From Naegleria gruberi (Eukaryota), in the NCBI GenBank assembly GCA_000004985.1, contig GG738885.1: 64,000 bases of DNA. One strand, written 5' to 3'. Positions 1 to 10,320 of the stretch are shown here, one piece after another (position 1 is the stretch's first letter; the number at the start of each line of letters is the position of its first letter). The notes below the pieces were generated by a model, which made no database searches, was not told where the DNA came from, and worked only from the letters and a program-made list of their open reading frames with translations. A program made the translations under genes and the position numbers.

Positions 1-261
1 TTTGAAAATAAGATCAAGATTGAGAAGCAATGGATTGCATTCTCATATTATGAATTGGCTGAATCACTCTACTTGACCAAATATAAGAAATGTGATGATT
101 CAGTTTCAAAGGATGATAAATTGAAACTCTTGCATGATGCCAAACACAACTTGGAAAAGTGTAACAAGATTAGTGGATATTCATTTGAGGAAGTATTGCA
201 CACAAGAGCCAAATTGGCACTTAAACAAGTCGAAGATGACATTAAACATTTGAAACATTAA
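1..261 (+). CDS. 3' end of an upstream gene (open frame from window edge to TAA at 259-261); hypothetical protein
   Basis: Frame 1 is open from position 1 (FENKIKIEKQWIAF...KHLKH*), continuous with ORF 55..261. No recognisable domain. Confidence 0.35.
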   Translation, partial: FENKIKIEKQWIAFSYYELAESLYLTKYKKCDDSVSKDDKLKLLHDAKHNLEKCNKISGYSFEEVLHTRAKLALKQVEDDIKHLKH

Positions 262-304
262 AGTGTTTTAATAAACTTTACAATAAATTAAAATATTTAA
301 AAAA

Positions 305-1261
305 ATGACGAGAATTATTCTAGATGAATTTCCCTTTCGGGATCGCAAAATACTCAACAAATTGACAAAAACACTTAGAAAACCAATTCGATATTCCTTT
401 CCCGAGGAATTTAATGTAACTGATTGTATTAATGTTTTGGAATTTGCAAATGTATCATCATTGAAAGGATTATACGTTTCTAACAAATGGCAGTTGATAC
501 TTGCCTGTGCAAAGACTCAAATTTTAATATTCGATCTTCATTCAAAGGAATTAAAATTGATTTTTGAGCCCGATCGAGGAGATCAACCTTATTACATTGA
601 TAATTTTAATCATGTGGTCATTGAAGAGGTGAGCCAAAAGGGAATGGAAGGTGATGCTCTGATTCTCTCGCATGCAGGAGTACATAATGGGTTTATTATT
701 AAATTTGATTTGAGGAGTATTTTGGAAAAGAGACAAGAAATAATAATTTGGAAAAGAACCCTCACACATGTTCCTTGTGGAATGGTTCTTCGGTACAATA
801 TCTTTTATGAGAATGAGTATCACAATTTCATTTACAGTGTAGATTTTAGTGAGATTGTAATTTTAAACTCAAAGGATTCAAATATTATTGCCAAGATTCG
901 GAAAGGTGCAGAGCTTTCACCTTTTTCTTTATGTTTCGCTGAGGAAGAACGTTTTATTTTTGTGTGTGAGTTTGTTATTGTAACAATGCTGAAAGAGGAA
1001 GGGCTTAAACGATGGACCAAGGTTGCAGAATTTAAAAATCCTTCCATGCTACTTCCCTCAAACATTATTGTAGATCCAATCACTAAACAATTCTTGGCTC
1101 TATCAGATAGCTATATGCATGTCTTTAATTGGGAAACCAAGGCACTGATTCATCAGTACAATCTTTCAATCAAGAACCCTTTAGGAGCATTCTGGTCTGA
1201 TAGGACTGGTGAACTGTTCGTTAGTGATGCCTTTTCCAAGAGAATATTCATTCTGAAATAG
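305..1261 (+). CDS. Hypothetical protein, possible beta-propeller (NHL-like) fold; weak paralog of the gene at 9287..10201
   Basis: 318-aa intact ORF with ATG in A-rich context. C-terminal ...GELFVSDAFSKRIFILK resembles ...GLMYLADGNKISILR of the 9287 gene. Similar length and alternating hydrophobic beta-strand-like segments. Confidence 0.45.
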   Translation: MTRIILDEFPFRDRKILNKLTKTLRKPIRYSFPEEFNVTDCINVLEFANVSSLKGLYVSNKWQLILACAKTQILIFDLHSKELKLIFEPDRGDQPYYIDNFNHVVIEEVSQKGMEGDALILSHAGVHNGFIIKFDLRSILEKRQEIIIWKRTLTHVPCGMVLRYNIFYENEYHNFIYSVDFSEIVILNSKDSNIIAKIRKGAELSPFSLCFAEEERFIFVCEFVIVTMLKEEGLKRWTKVAEFKNPSMLLPSNIIVDPITKQFLALSDSYMHVFNWETKALIHQYNLSIKNPLGAFWSDRTGELFVSDAFSKRIFILK

Positions 1262-1282
1262 TGACATATCTAGTTTTTTTCA

Positions 1283-3032
1283 TTAAGCATTCTTATGGGT
1301 GGGAGAGAGGAAAAGTTGAGGATATTCTCTGTCTGTTCTTGATTTTTTCAGGAGATTAAATTGTTCCTTTGATATTCTCCTCTCCATTAATAGACCATTC
1401 TGTGAAACTGCCTCCAAAAGGAAATCAAAATCTAACTGGAAATTATATGGAATTATTGGAAATATGCCTGCATCTCTCTTTAAAATATTAAAGAGAAATT
1501 CTCTGTCAAAGTTGTAATTGTAAAAGCGATAATGTAAAATGGATGGCATTTCATCTACCAATTCTAACACCAAAGAATTATCATTTTTCAACCTTTTAGA
1601 AATGTTTCTGTAAGAATTAGGGCTAATTTTTACAACTTGTTTGACAAAATCTCTGTCATCCTTTAATTCATAAGAGGCATACTCAAATAAATCAAACCGA
1701 TCTCCTGCATCTTTGGGAGGATTTCTTAATGCTTCCAAAATGGCTGTTCTATCAGAATGTAAATGAGGTAAATGAATTAATGCTGCTCCATTCTGTCTTA
1801 TTGAATCCATGGCAATATCCAAATCATTAAGTATATCCTTGTGAGCAAAGTGGATGGCATATCCACAATTGGATATTGCAATTCTTACAATCTCCTTATC
1901 AGCTCTCAATTCTTCATTTGACAAATTCAAGCAATTCTCCCCTCTTTTTCAGGGCTAAAACTGCCAGTTCTCTATCACTTCTCAATTCTTCTGATAAAAG
2001 TTCGTACGTTATCGGATTGAGATTAATCAACTCCCTCATAAAATCCTTATCATTGCATAGATTATCAGGTAAATTATTGAATGGAAGAGTGCCCAGGGTT
2101 ACCAAACTTTTTTTGAGAAATTCCTTGTCTCCTTGTAACTCCTTACTTAAACAATTAATGAAATATGGATTTGATTCAAGAGAAGCAATTAAAATCTCTC
2201 TGTCATTATAAAATTGCTTTACCATTTGTGAATCAATTGAGTAGCCAGTCTTACAAGCTGCTAACAGCAATTCCCTATCTTGCTTAAATTTATCAGTACT
2301 GATTTGATTCAACAACGAACCATTGATCTTGATTGCTTCATAAACTACATCTCTATCACGTTGCAAATTTGTTGGTAAATAAGGTAGAACATGAGGAAAC
2401 GCCTTCACTATTTCTATGGCTAGATCCTTATCTTTAACATCTCTGGCCTCTCTAGGATGCCTCAGAAGATACTCTTTTACAAACTCTTTATCACGAAGAA
2501 AGGCAAGAGGAATTGATCCTCCACTCCTCACAGATAACAATCCAATTTCTCTATCGCTGTCAAACATGCTTAATGAGTCCAATATTTCACCATTTGCCTG
2601 CACTAACATCTTAACCTTCTCTCTATCCTTAATAATACTTGCTGGCAAATGATCTGCAACTTTGGTATCATACTTGACCATCTCCAAGACAATTTCAAAA
2701 TCTTTGAGAAACTCCGAGCTTGCCCAGTCAAATACAGGACCAACCTTAGCAGCATGTAAGACCAATTCTCGATCCTTCTTCAATGAATCATTAAGGAATT
2801 CAGGAAAGATTGTATGTCCCTCCTCAAAGGCTCTCATCAAGACTTGCCTATCATCGTAGAATTCTATTGGGAATTTGTTTGATTCAGATGCAAAGAATTC
2901 ATCAATATGCTCCAGATACTTTTTCATACTCTTAGCTTGAAGTAGGAAGCGAGCTTGTAACTTGTCCAGTAAACAATTACTCTTCATACCACTCCAATCT
3001 TCATCCAATTGTAATACAACATTTTCCGACAT
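1283..3032 (-). CDS. DUF4116-repeat protein. The coding region is split into two overlapping ORFs (1914..3032 and 1283..1930) by an apparent 1-nt frame change; possible pseudogene or sequence indel
   Basis: Both ORFs carry repeated DRELVL/ELRxDREIV/QNGxAL modules typical of DUF4116. At the junction ...GELLEFVK* (frame A) continues as SNEELRADKEIV (frame B), exactly in repeat register. No intron fits. Confidence 0.5.
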
Positions 3033-3600
3033 TTTTTAAAAGGTAATAGAGCAAGTTCATCTTGTTAATATTAAGAAATGTTCTTGTCATTGGTAATTAT
3101 TCTTGTTGATGATGAATGATAGAGCCAATACTCTAACCATGGCAATGACTATGAAGATGACAAAAACATGATGAATATCACAGTATTTTTTGAAGTATTT
3201 TTTATTCTTATTCTCCGTCATGCTCTACATCAATGTTGAACAAGCTAGACATTATCACATCACATGCCGCAGAAGACAATTCAGACAAACCTTCTTTCCT
3301 CCCTCCTCTGTGCTCTGTGCTTCCTCAACCTCTGAATGTACTCTTCACAAGCAAATGCTTATTGTGTGAGGTACAATATTCATCTCTCCAACTCTGTTCA
3401 CTACCACACTCTCAAAAATGCCAATTCTCTTCAATATTTTCGCTGCTCTCCAGCTTGTAACCAGAGCGCAATTCATCAACAAATTCTTTGAAAAAAAATA
3501 AGCTATTCTAAAACCAATCACCGGCTCGATTTTTTTTTCATCATCACACGAATTTATTAAATAATAATCGTAGCCAACAAATAGTTGATAGTTATTTAGG

Positions 3601-5340
3601 ATGCCATCATATATTTTGTTTGAAAGTGCTTTGGGCTTTGCCATCTTTGAAAAGAAGAAGGTCGATGAAGTCGCCTACTCTAAAATTGAAAAACAAGTTG
3701 GAGAATATAGTCGCTTCAAGGATATGGTCAAATTCATTGCTTTCCAACCATTCGATACACCAGAACACGGTTTGGAAAACATGAACGCCATCTCTGAAGG
3801 TATTTTGACAGAGTTTTTACAAAACTTCTTGGAAGCTAATTTGAAAGCTAAGAATGACACCCAACTTGGTGTTTTGGAAAACAAATTGGGAGGTGCTATT
3901 CAAGAACACTTTGAAAAGAAGATTACCTGTTTCACTGATGATTCCGTATTGGGATTGTGCCGTGGTATTCGTATGCATATTCATAAATTCATTGATAACT
4001 TGAAGAAGGGTGATTTGGAAAAGGCTCAATTAGGTTTAGGTCACGCTTACAGTAGAGCTAAGGTGAAATTCAACGTTAACAAGTCCGATAACAACATTAT
4101 ACAATCTATTTCTATGCTCGATCAATTAGATAAGGATTTGAATACATTCACCATGAGATTGAAGGAATGGTACGGATGGCATTTCCCAGAACTTGTTAAG
4201 ATTGTAAAGAAGAATGATGCCTATGCTAAATGTGCACTTGCCATCAAGACTCGTTCCAGTCTTTCCAAGGATAGTGAAAAGTATGATGAATTGGTTCACC
4301 AACTTAATGATATAACAAAGGATGAAGAAGTCACTGAACAAGTTGTCAGAGCTGCTCGTTCTTCTATGGGTCAAGATGCTTCCGAATTCGACATGATGAA
4401 TATGGAATTGTTTGCCAAGAAGGTTGTCGATTTAACTGAATACAGAGCTCAATTGTTCGAATATTTGGAAACCAAGATGCACGACGTTGCTCCAAACTTG
4501 ACTTGTATTTTGGGTGAATCTGTTGGTGCTCGTTTGATTTCTAAGGCTGGTAGCTTGATGAACTTGTGTAAATGTCCTGCTTCAACTGTCCAAATTTTGG
4601 GTGCTGAAAAGGCTTTGTTTAGAGCTTTGAAGACCAGAGGTAAGACACCAAAGTATGGTTTGCTCTATCACTCTAGCTTTGTCTCAAAGGCTTCTAAGCA
4701 AAATAAGGGTAAGATTGCTAGATACTTGTCAAACAAGTGTGCTATGGCTGCTCGTATTGATGCTTTCCAAGATTTCCCAACTTCTAAATTCGGTGAATTG
4801 TTGAGAGATCAAATTGCTGAAAGATTAGAATTCTACGAAAAGAAGGCTTCATCTGGTAATGCTAAGATCACTGTCAAGCTCAAGAAGAATATTGAATTGA
4901 TGAGAGATGCTATCAAGCATGCCAAGAAGGACGAAAAGGAAGCTCCAAAGAAGGAAAAGAAGCCAGCTGAAAAGAGAAAGAGAGATGCTGTCGAAACTCC
5001 TGTTGAAGAAGAAAAGAAATCCAAGAAGGAAAAGAAGGACAAGAAGAAGGACAAGAAGGATAAGAAAGAAAAGAAGTCCAAGAAGGAAGAAGAAGTCATG
5101 GAAGATGAAAAGCCAGCCGAAGAAGAAAAGAAGTCCAAGAAGGAAAAGAAGGATAAGAAGAAGTCCAAGAAGGAAGAAGAAGTAGAAGAACCTGTTGCTG
5201 AAGAATCCAAGAAGGATAAGAAGAAGAAGGACAAGAAGGAAAAGAAGGAAAAGAAGGAAGAATCGGTAAAGGAAGAAAAAGAAGAAAAGAAAGAAAAGAA
5301 GGAAAAGAAAGATAAGAAAAAAGATAAGAAAAAGCATTAA
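3601..5340 (+). CDS. NOP56: Nucleolar protein Nop56 (box C/D snoRNP core protein, NOP5/NOP56 family), single exon
   Basis: N-terminus MPSYILFESALGFAIF... and FQPFDTPEHGLENMNAISEGIL match the Nop56 N-terminal domain (human NOP56: FSPFKSAQEALENANAVSEGIL). Central NOSIC/Nop domain present (WYGWHFPEL, ILGAEKALFRALKT, KYGLLYHSS). C-terminal KKD/KKE tail present. Confidence 0.85.
   Translation: MPSYILFESALGFAIFEKKKVDEVAYSKIEKQVGEYSRFKDMVKFIAFQPFDTPEHGLENMNAISEGILTEFLQNFLEANLKAKNDTQLGVLENKLGGAIQEHFEKKITCFTDDSVLGLCRGIRMHIHKFIDNLKKGDLEKAQLGLGHAYSRAKVKFNVNKSDNNIIQSISMLDQLDKDLNTFTMRLKEWYGWHFPELVKIVKKNDAYAKCALAIKTRSSLSKDSEKYDELVHQLNDITKDEEVTEQVVRAARSSMGQDASEFDMMNMELFAKKVVDLTEYRAQLFEYLETKMHDVAPNLTCILGESVGARLISKAGSLMNLCKCPASTVQILGAEKALFRALKTRGKTPKYGLLYHSSFVSKASKQNKGKIARYLSNKCAMAARIDAFQDFPTSKFGELLRDQIAERLEFYEKKASSGNAKITVKLKKNIELMRDAIKHAKKDEKEAPKKEKKPAEKRKRDAVETPVEEEKKSKKEKKDKKKDKKDKKEKKSKKEEEVMEDEKPAEEEKKSKKEKKDKKKSKKEEEVEEPVAEESKKDKKKKDKKEKKEKKEESVKEEKEEKKEKKEKKDKKKDKKKH
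4900..5340 (+). repeat. Low-complexity purine-rich (AAG/GAA)n-like coding repeat encoding the KKDKK/KKEKK tail of Nop56
   Basis: Runs of aagaag/gaaaag; it generates spurious antisense and alternate-frame ORFs (4907..5185+, 4833..5234-, 4849..5517-). Confidence 0.6.
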
Positions 5341-5486
5341 TTCTACCCAAAACTCAAAAACCCTATAAATATATATTTCTAAATTATTAGTTGGCCAATC
5401 TTTATTTGTATTATTTCCTCTTTTGGTAGATAAACACATATAATGTTTGAGTTTCAACCTTGTTATCAAAATCAAAGCAGAACAAA

Positions 5487-5860
5487 ATGAAAAAACTAAC
5501 AAAGAGCATCTTTGCAAACAATAAGAAACTATTCTCGAATCAAATTAGATTCGTTAGAGTAAGTAACACATTTGTGCTAGCTTTCCTAACATTCAACAAC
5601 AACCAAATTAGACTGAATTGGTTACAGAGAATGCAGAGAGGTATGAGAAGGAGGTACAGAAAACACTCAAAGGAGATGTTGCCAAAACCTTTGCAGATTT
5701 TGATGGATGGAATGAAACTGTAGGGTCATCGAGTGAGGCAATCATAAAGGCCGAACGTTCTGAGCAAGTGAAGAATGCACCAATTGAAGAACTTCAAAAG
5801 CAAACCATTGAAATCCTTCATGAAAGAGAGGAAAAGAAACAATTTCCATTTGATCAATAA
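5487..5860 (+). CDS. Small spliced gene (about 100 aa) of unknown function; N-terminus resembles a mitochondrial presequence
   Basis: ATG at about 5487 (MKKLTKSIFANNKKLFSNQIRFVR). GTAAGT donor at about 5559 and TTACAG acceptor ending about 5627 (69-nt intron) join to the ENAERYEKEVQK...QFPFDQ* frame ending at 5860. The exact donor phase is ambiguous (GT at 5559 or 5563). Confidence 0.3.
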
Positions 5861-5966
5861 CAAGTTATAATCAATAAATAACCGTGATAATTTGGAATTC
5901 GAATTGGCTTAAATGATCATGTGGCTTTTATTCTCTTTTATTCTCTTTTTATATCAATTATTAATT

Positions 5967-8900
5967 TCAATAAAAAGCACAGACAAGAGCAACCAACATC
6001 AAGATCAAACATTGTAAACCACTTCTTGAATTGAGTGAGTGAGCTGATGATACAGCACGTGCATTGTCACTCGATACAATAAAATTGGAAATTACAAAAC
6101 CTTCAGCTTGATCCAATTCATCTTGTAATGATCTTTTTGAAACTGAAGCCAAACCAATATTTGTCTGAACGAAACAAGATCTTGCTTGTGCACTTGATGA
6201 TGGGAAGAGAGAAGGTTCAAGGGCAAATGAAAAGGTGGAAACATAATTAGAACTTGATGGATAAATAATTGTGGAAACTTTGGAATTGGCAATATTATTG
6301 GAAATTATTGAATGTTGGACATCCATTGAGGAAGAATTGAATTTGGAGCATCCAAATTGACCAAGTGATGGATTATAAATCAATGAGAATATTGTCTCTT
6401 TGAAACAGCAGAAATAGGCATCAGTGACAGCTAGACGTGAGCTAGAACTTGTAAAGGTTGATGATTGTACATTGGAAAACACTCTGTCACCTGTTTTGAA
6501 GGTTGTTTTTGGAGACCAATCATTTCCTGCCAAGTACATTGATCCCTGTATTGTGATATTCTTTTCAGTTGGTGGGGTAACAATGGTATATTCGATTTGG
6601 ATTGGGAAATATATAGTTGTAATGTCTGTAACACCCTTTCTAGTGAATGTTCCAGTGAAATAGGTAAGAGCTCTATAATCATTGGATGTAGTAAGGGATT
6701 CGAATTGAATTTGATAGAAATTCGAATCACCATTTTGGAATAAAAAAGTAGATTCAGTAACTTGCATGGAATAAGCAGCTGTAGTATTGAAGAAAGTAAA
6801 CGAATTCAATGTCAAATTAGTTGCTTTCAATACAACTGAAATAGAGAGCTTTCCACTAGATGTAGTTGTTACCTCTTGTGGATAAACATTAGTTGCATAG
6901 CCATAGATTGGATTATACTGAGAGAATGATCCAATTACTGTTCCAGATTGAATGTAAACTAATTGATAAGTTTTGAATTCGTATGATCTACAGAATCCAC
7001 CATTTTGAGAACCATCTCTATCAAGGTAATTCATGGAAATAGGAAGCTTAAGAACCAACATATTTGAAGAGTATTGCTTAATCACGAGAGGATTTGAGAT
7101 TAAATCATCAATTGTGAATTCTGGAGTTGAGTAAATGGCTTGACATTTAGATTTACCAATCAAATTCAAGGCGATACTTTGATTTCCATTCACTGAACAA
7201 TTCTTGAACTTGGATTCACCAACAAAGAATAAATGTTCGTAAGGAACAGCATCAAGTTTGTACGAAACTGTAAATGAAATGGCCTTTCCAACAATGCTCG
7301 ATGAAATAATTGGACTTGGAGCACCAAATGCTTGAACATTAGTCCACAAACATTCAGAACCTACTACTGGAATACTACAATTCAATCCAGTAAATCCAGC
7401 ATTGCATGTACAATTATTACTTCCAGAGCAGTAACCTCTTCCCAAAGCAAAGGAGCAATTATTCAATGAAACATCATCACATGAGAAGGAGGAGCAATTG
7501 GTTGCTGATTTCCATCCAGAGCTGCAGTTACACTTGTTTGGAGCAAAACAATCACCATGTCCAGAGCAAACTGTTTGATTTGTACTGATCTTACCATCAC
7601 AAATAGGGAGATTACAATTGACACCACCATATCCAGTACTGCACACACAAGTGTATGGAGCTACACAAGATCCATGTCCAGAGCAAACTGTTGGATCTGT
7701 ACTGAGTTTACCATTACAAACTGGGATATTACATTGAACACCTGCATAACCGTTCAAACACCAACATGCACCAGGAGCAATACAAGCTCCATGTCCAGAA
7801 CAAACAGCACTTGCATTATTACTGAGCTTTCCATAACAAATAGGAAGACTACAATTGATACCACCATATCCAGTACTGCACACACAAGTGTATGGAGCGA
7901 CACAAGATCCATGTCCAGAGCAAACTGTTGGATCTGTACTGAGTTTACCATCGCAAACAGGCAGATTACATTCAGAACCTGCATAACCATTCTGGCAATA
8001 ACATGAATCTGGAGCCAGACAAATACCCCTTCCAGAACAAACACTTGCATTATTACTGAGTTTACCATAACAAATTGGAGTTTCACATTTAGAACCAGCA
8101 TATCCAGCATTACATGAACAAGTATCTGCTGCAACACATTGTCCATTTCCATTACAAACACTTGAATCATTTTGGAATTTACCATAACAGGAAGCTATTT
8201 CACATGAAGAACCATGGTAACCTGGTTTGCATGTGCAAATATTATTGGAAAGACAAGCACCTCTGGATGGTCCACCACAAGCATTACTCCCACTTTGACC
8301 AAAACAGGTAAAAGCAGAAGCACATTCACTTCCATAATATCCATCCTGACATTGACACTTATTATACGAAACACATGTACCCTTCGAACTGCATGCAGCA
8401 CTTCCAACCTTCAAGTAGCACATTGGCTTATCACAATTAGCACCACCATACATTACTGCACTTTCGGCCAATGGGAATACCAATTGTTGCCAACAAATTT
8501 TCCCCACTGAATCATAAACCATAAAATTTCTATCTGGTCTAACCACCAATCTGAAAGGACTAACACCTCCACTGCAACCAGAAGAGAATGTAAGATAATT
8601 CGAATTTCCATTATTTAGATTAAATGCTCCATTACTATTATCCAATTTAATGTAATAATTCGAATAACCTGGATAGTAACCTTGTGCCCAATCTGCATAT
8701 CCAGCACGTTGATACAGAACGAAATTACCATCATTTTGAAGAATAAGATATTCATCATTTTGTGGGTTGTAAATTTGTACTAATTTTGGGATGGATCCAT
8801 TGATGGAGGAGTGCATGTAATTTCCAGACGAAAGGTCAAGACATTCGCAGGTATCTTGAGCTTTGCAGAGACCGTTTCCACCACATACTTGCATGTCTGT

Positions 8901-8993
8901 TGGAAGCTTACCGAAACATGTGTGGGCGTGAGATTGGTGGATCAAGCAAAGCAAGAGTAGGACGAATGAGATTCGAACAACTATTTGCATCAT
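5967..8993 (-). CDS. Secreted bulb-type (B-)lectin domain protein with a long array of tenascin-type EGF-like repeats and a hydrophobic C-terminus (possible GPI anchor), 1008 aa
   Basis: Signal peptide MMQIVVRISFVLLLLCLIHQSHA. B-lectin motif LQNDGNFVLYQ. More than 10 repeats of CxxxGxCxxxxxCxCxxGYxGxxC. C-terminal LQCLILMLVALVCAFY. Confidence 0.7.
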   Translation of the reverse strand: MMQIVVRISFVLLLLCLIHQSHAHTCFGKLPTDMQVCGGNGLCKAQDTCECLDLSSGNYMHSSINGSIPKLVQIYNPQNDEYLILQNDGNFVLYQRAGYADWAQGYYPGYSNYYIKLDNSNGAFNLNNGNSNYLTFSSGCSGGVSPFRLVVRPDRNFMVYDSVGKICWQQLVFPLAESAVMYGGANCDKPMCYLKVGSAACSSKGTCVSYNKCQCQDGYYGSECASAFTCFGQSGSNACGGPSRGACLSNNICTCKPGYHGSSCEIASCYGKFQNDSSVCNGNGQCVAADTCSCNAGYAGSKCETPICYGKLSNNASVCSGRGICLAPDSCYCQNGYAGSECNLPVCDGKLSTDPTVCSGHGSCVAPYTCVCSTGYGGINCSLPICYGKLSNNASAVCSGHGACIAPGACWCLNGYAGVQCNIPVCNGKLSTDPTVCSGHGSCVAPYTCVCSTGYGGVNCNLPICDGKISTNQTVCSGHGDCFAPNKCNCSSGWKSATNCSSFSCDDVSLNNCSFALGRGYCSGSNNCTCNAGFTGLNCSIPVVGSECLWTNVQAFGAPSPIISSSIVGKAISFTVSYKLDAVPYEHLFFVGESKFKNCSVNGNQSIALNLIGKSKCQAIYSTPEFTIDDLISNPLVIKQYSSNMLVLKLPISMNYLDRDGSQNGGFCRSYEFKTYQLVYIQSGTVIGSFSQYNPIYGYATNVYPQEVTTTSSGKLSISVVLKATNLTLNSFTFFNTTAAYSMQVTESTFLFQNGDSNFYQIQFESLTTSNDYRALTYFTGTFTRKGVTDITTIYFPIQIEYTIVTPPTEKNITIQGSMYLAGNDWSPKTTFKTGDRVFSNVQSSTFTSSSSRLAVTDAYFCCFKETIFSLIYNPSLGQFGCSKFNSSSMDVQHSIISNNIANSKVSTIIYPSSSNYVSTFSFALEPSLFPSSSAQARSCFVQTNIGLASVSKRSLQDELDQAEGFVISNFIVSSDNARAVSSAHSLNSRSGLQCLILMLVALVCAFY
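7560..8010. repeat. Intragenic tandem duplication of an EGF-module pair, about 230 bp units with near-identical copies
   Basis: PVCDGKLSTDPTVCSGHGSCVAPYTCVCSTGYGGINCSL and PVCNGKLSTDPTVCSGHGSCVAPYTCVCSTGYGGVNCNL are encoded by near-identical DNA. This explains the spurious ORFs 7557..8006+ and 7754..8185-. Confidence 0.6.
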
Positions 8994-9286
8994 TTTTTTT
9001 CTGATGTTTAACTTGTGAAGTGCAACACTAATACGCTCGTGACAGTTGGCAGTCTCATTCCATGGTTAATTGTTGGGTTCTTTTCTATTGAATGAGAAAC
9101 TTCAAAATTGACCATAATTCCATTTTGGGAACTTATAACTTTAAGAAGATTTTATCATTGTAAAAACTGTTTCTTGTCTTTTTTGTCACTTATTACAAAC
9201 CACAAACTTCAAACTTGGTATGTAATAAAATTGTAAAACATTTAAACTTGAGATTTAAATATATTTAAATAATAATTACAAAAAAA

Positions 9287-10201
9287 ATGTTTACACATCA
9301 AGCAGATGAGGAAGATTATTGTGTGGTGGAATTAATTGATTTCTTGAGAGGGAGAAATGAACATTCTCCACTGATCGGAATGTTGAAACAAAAACTCAGA
9401 TCACCCAAGCGAATAGCCTTCTCCAACAAATTTGAAGAATTTAAATGTATTAATTGTACATGTGATGTGTATGATGTGAGGATTTCCCGAGCCTGTTCAG
9501 TGATTGTTGCCGTTACAGGTGAATATTTTTTATTTATTGATTATGAAACTTTGGAACCTAAGGGAAGGGTAGCAACGGAATCTTTTTATTTTGAATTGGA
9601 GGAGGATTATGATCAATGTGGGAATGATGCCTTGTTGCTTTTTTATGATAAGGAAATTTCAAAGTATGATTTGAAACAATTTATTGAAGAGAAGGGTTGT
9701 AAACCACTTTGGACCTACTCGAATGAGATTGGATATGATACGAGTGAGCCGATTAATGTGATGGTTTTGGATGGGAAGAAGGCTGTGGTTTTTAATAGTC
9801 AGAATAGTATGGGATTTCTTGATGCAAAGAATGGAACACTATTGGATTACACTATTAAATTGGAGGGTGCTATATCTGGATGCTTTGAAGCTGATCGTAA
9901 GAAACCAAATACCCTCTACATATTCTTGAAGGAAATGATAAAGTTTGAATATGAGAATGGGGATTGGAAACGTACCTCATTTTCTGTTAATATAAGGAGT
10001 GTTGATGGGTTGTGCATGGATAGAGAATCTGGTGTTCTTTATTTCAGTGGATATTGTGATGGTAAATGTTACATTTCTGCATATACAACATCAGGAGATC
10101 TTATTGCAATGCATTCTGTCAACTGTGCTGGGATATGTATTGACGAGAGAACAGGATTAATGTATTTAGCAGATGGAAACAAGATTTCAATTTTGAGATA
10201 A
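9287..10201 (+). CDS. Hypothetical protein (possible NHL/beta-propeller-like), weak paralog of 305..1261
   Basis: 304-aa intact ORF. C-terminal GICIDERTGLMYLADGNKISILR is NHL-like. Transcribed divergently from the lectin/EGF gene across a shared 290-bp promoter region. Confidence 0.45.
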   Translation: MFTHQADEEDYCVVELIDFLRGRNEHSPLIGMLKQKLRSPKRIAFSNKFEEFKCINCTCDVYDVRISRACSVIVAVTGEYFLFIDYETLEPKGRVATESFYFELEEDYDQCGNDALLLFYDKEISKYDLKQFIEEKGCKPLWTYSNEIGYDTSEPINVMVLDGKKAVVFNSQNSMGFLDAKNGTLLDYTIKLEGAISGCFEADRKKPNTLYIFLKEMIKFEYENGDWKRTSFSVNIRSVDGLCMDRESGVLYFSGYCDGKCYISAYTTSGDLIAMHSVNCAGICIDERTGLMYLADGNKISILR

Positions 10202-10320
10202 TTATTACTGGAACTTTTCATGACAATTATTATCTCTGTGGGAAAACACAATAAAATTTGGTTGTTACCACTGTTGAAATAAATTGTAAAACGCATTGAA
10301 ATTACATATTTTAATAAAAT

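Noticed and set aside
3090-3190. TGATGATGA and nearby CTGA motifs suggestive of a box C/D snoRNA upstream of Nop56 (also at about 26330-26420 and 22900-23060)
   Set aside because: No properly spaced C/D' and D boxes with a terminal stem could be built by eye. TGATGA is frequent in AT-rich DNA. An snoRNA-specific scan would be needed before calling any of these.
4833-5517. Long antisense and alternate-frame ORFs (4833..5234-, 4849..5517-, 4907..5185+, 5096..5350-) overlapping the 3' end of Nop56
   Set aside because: They are translations of the (AAG/GAA)n low-complexity repeat encoding the Nop56 KKD/E tail (poly-F/L/S or poly-R/K products). They have no independent start context or conservation.
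7406-8510. Several 60-150 aa ORFs on both strands inside the lectin/EGF gene (7557..8006+, 7754..8185-, 8214..8510+ and others)
   Set aside because: They arise from the Cys/Gly-rich EGF tandem repeats read in other frames or antisense. The minus-strand 1008-aa ORF explains the region.
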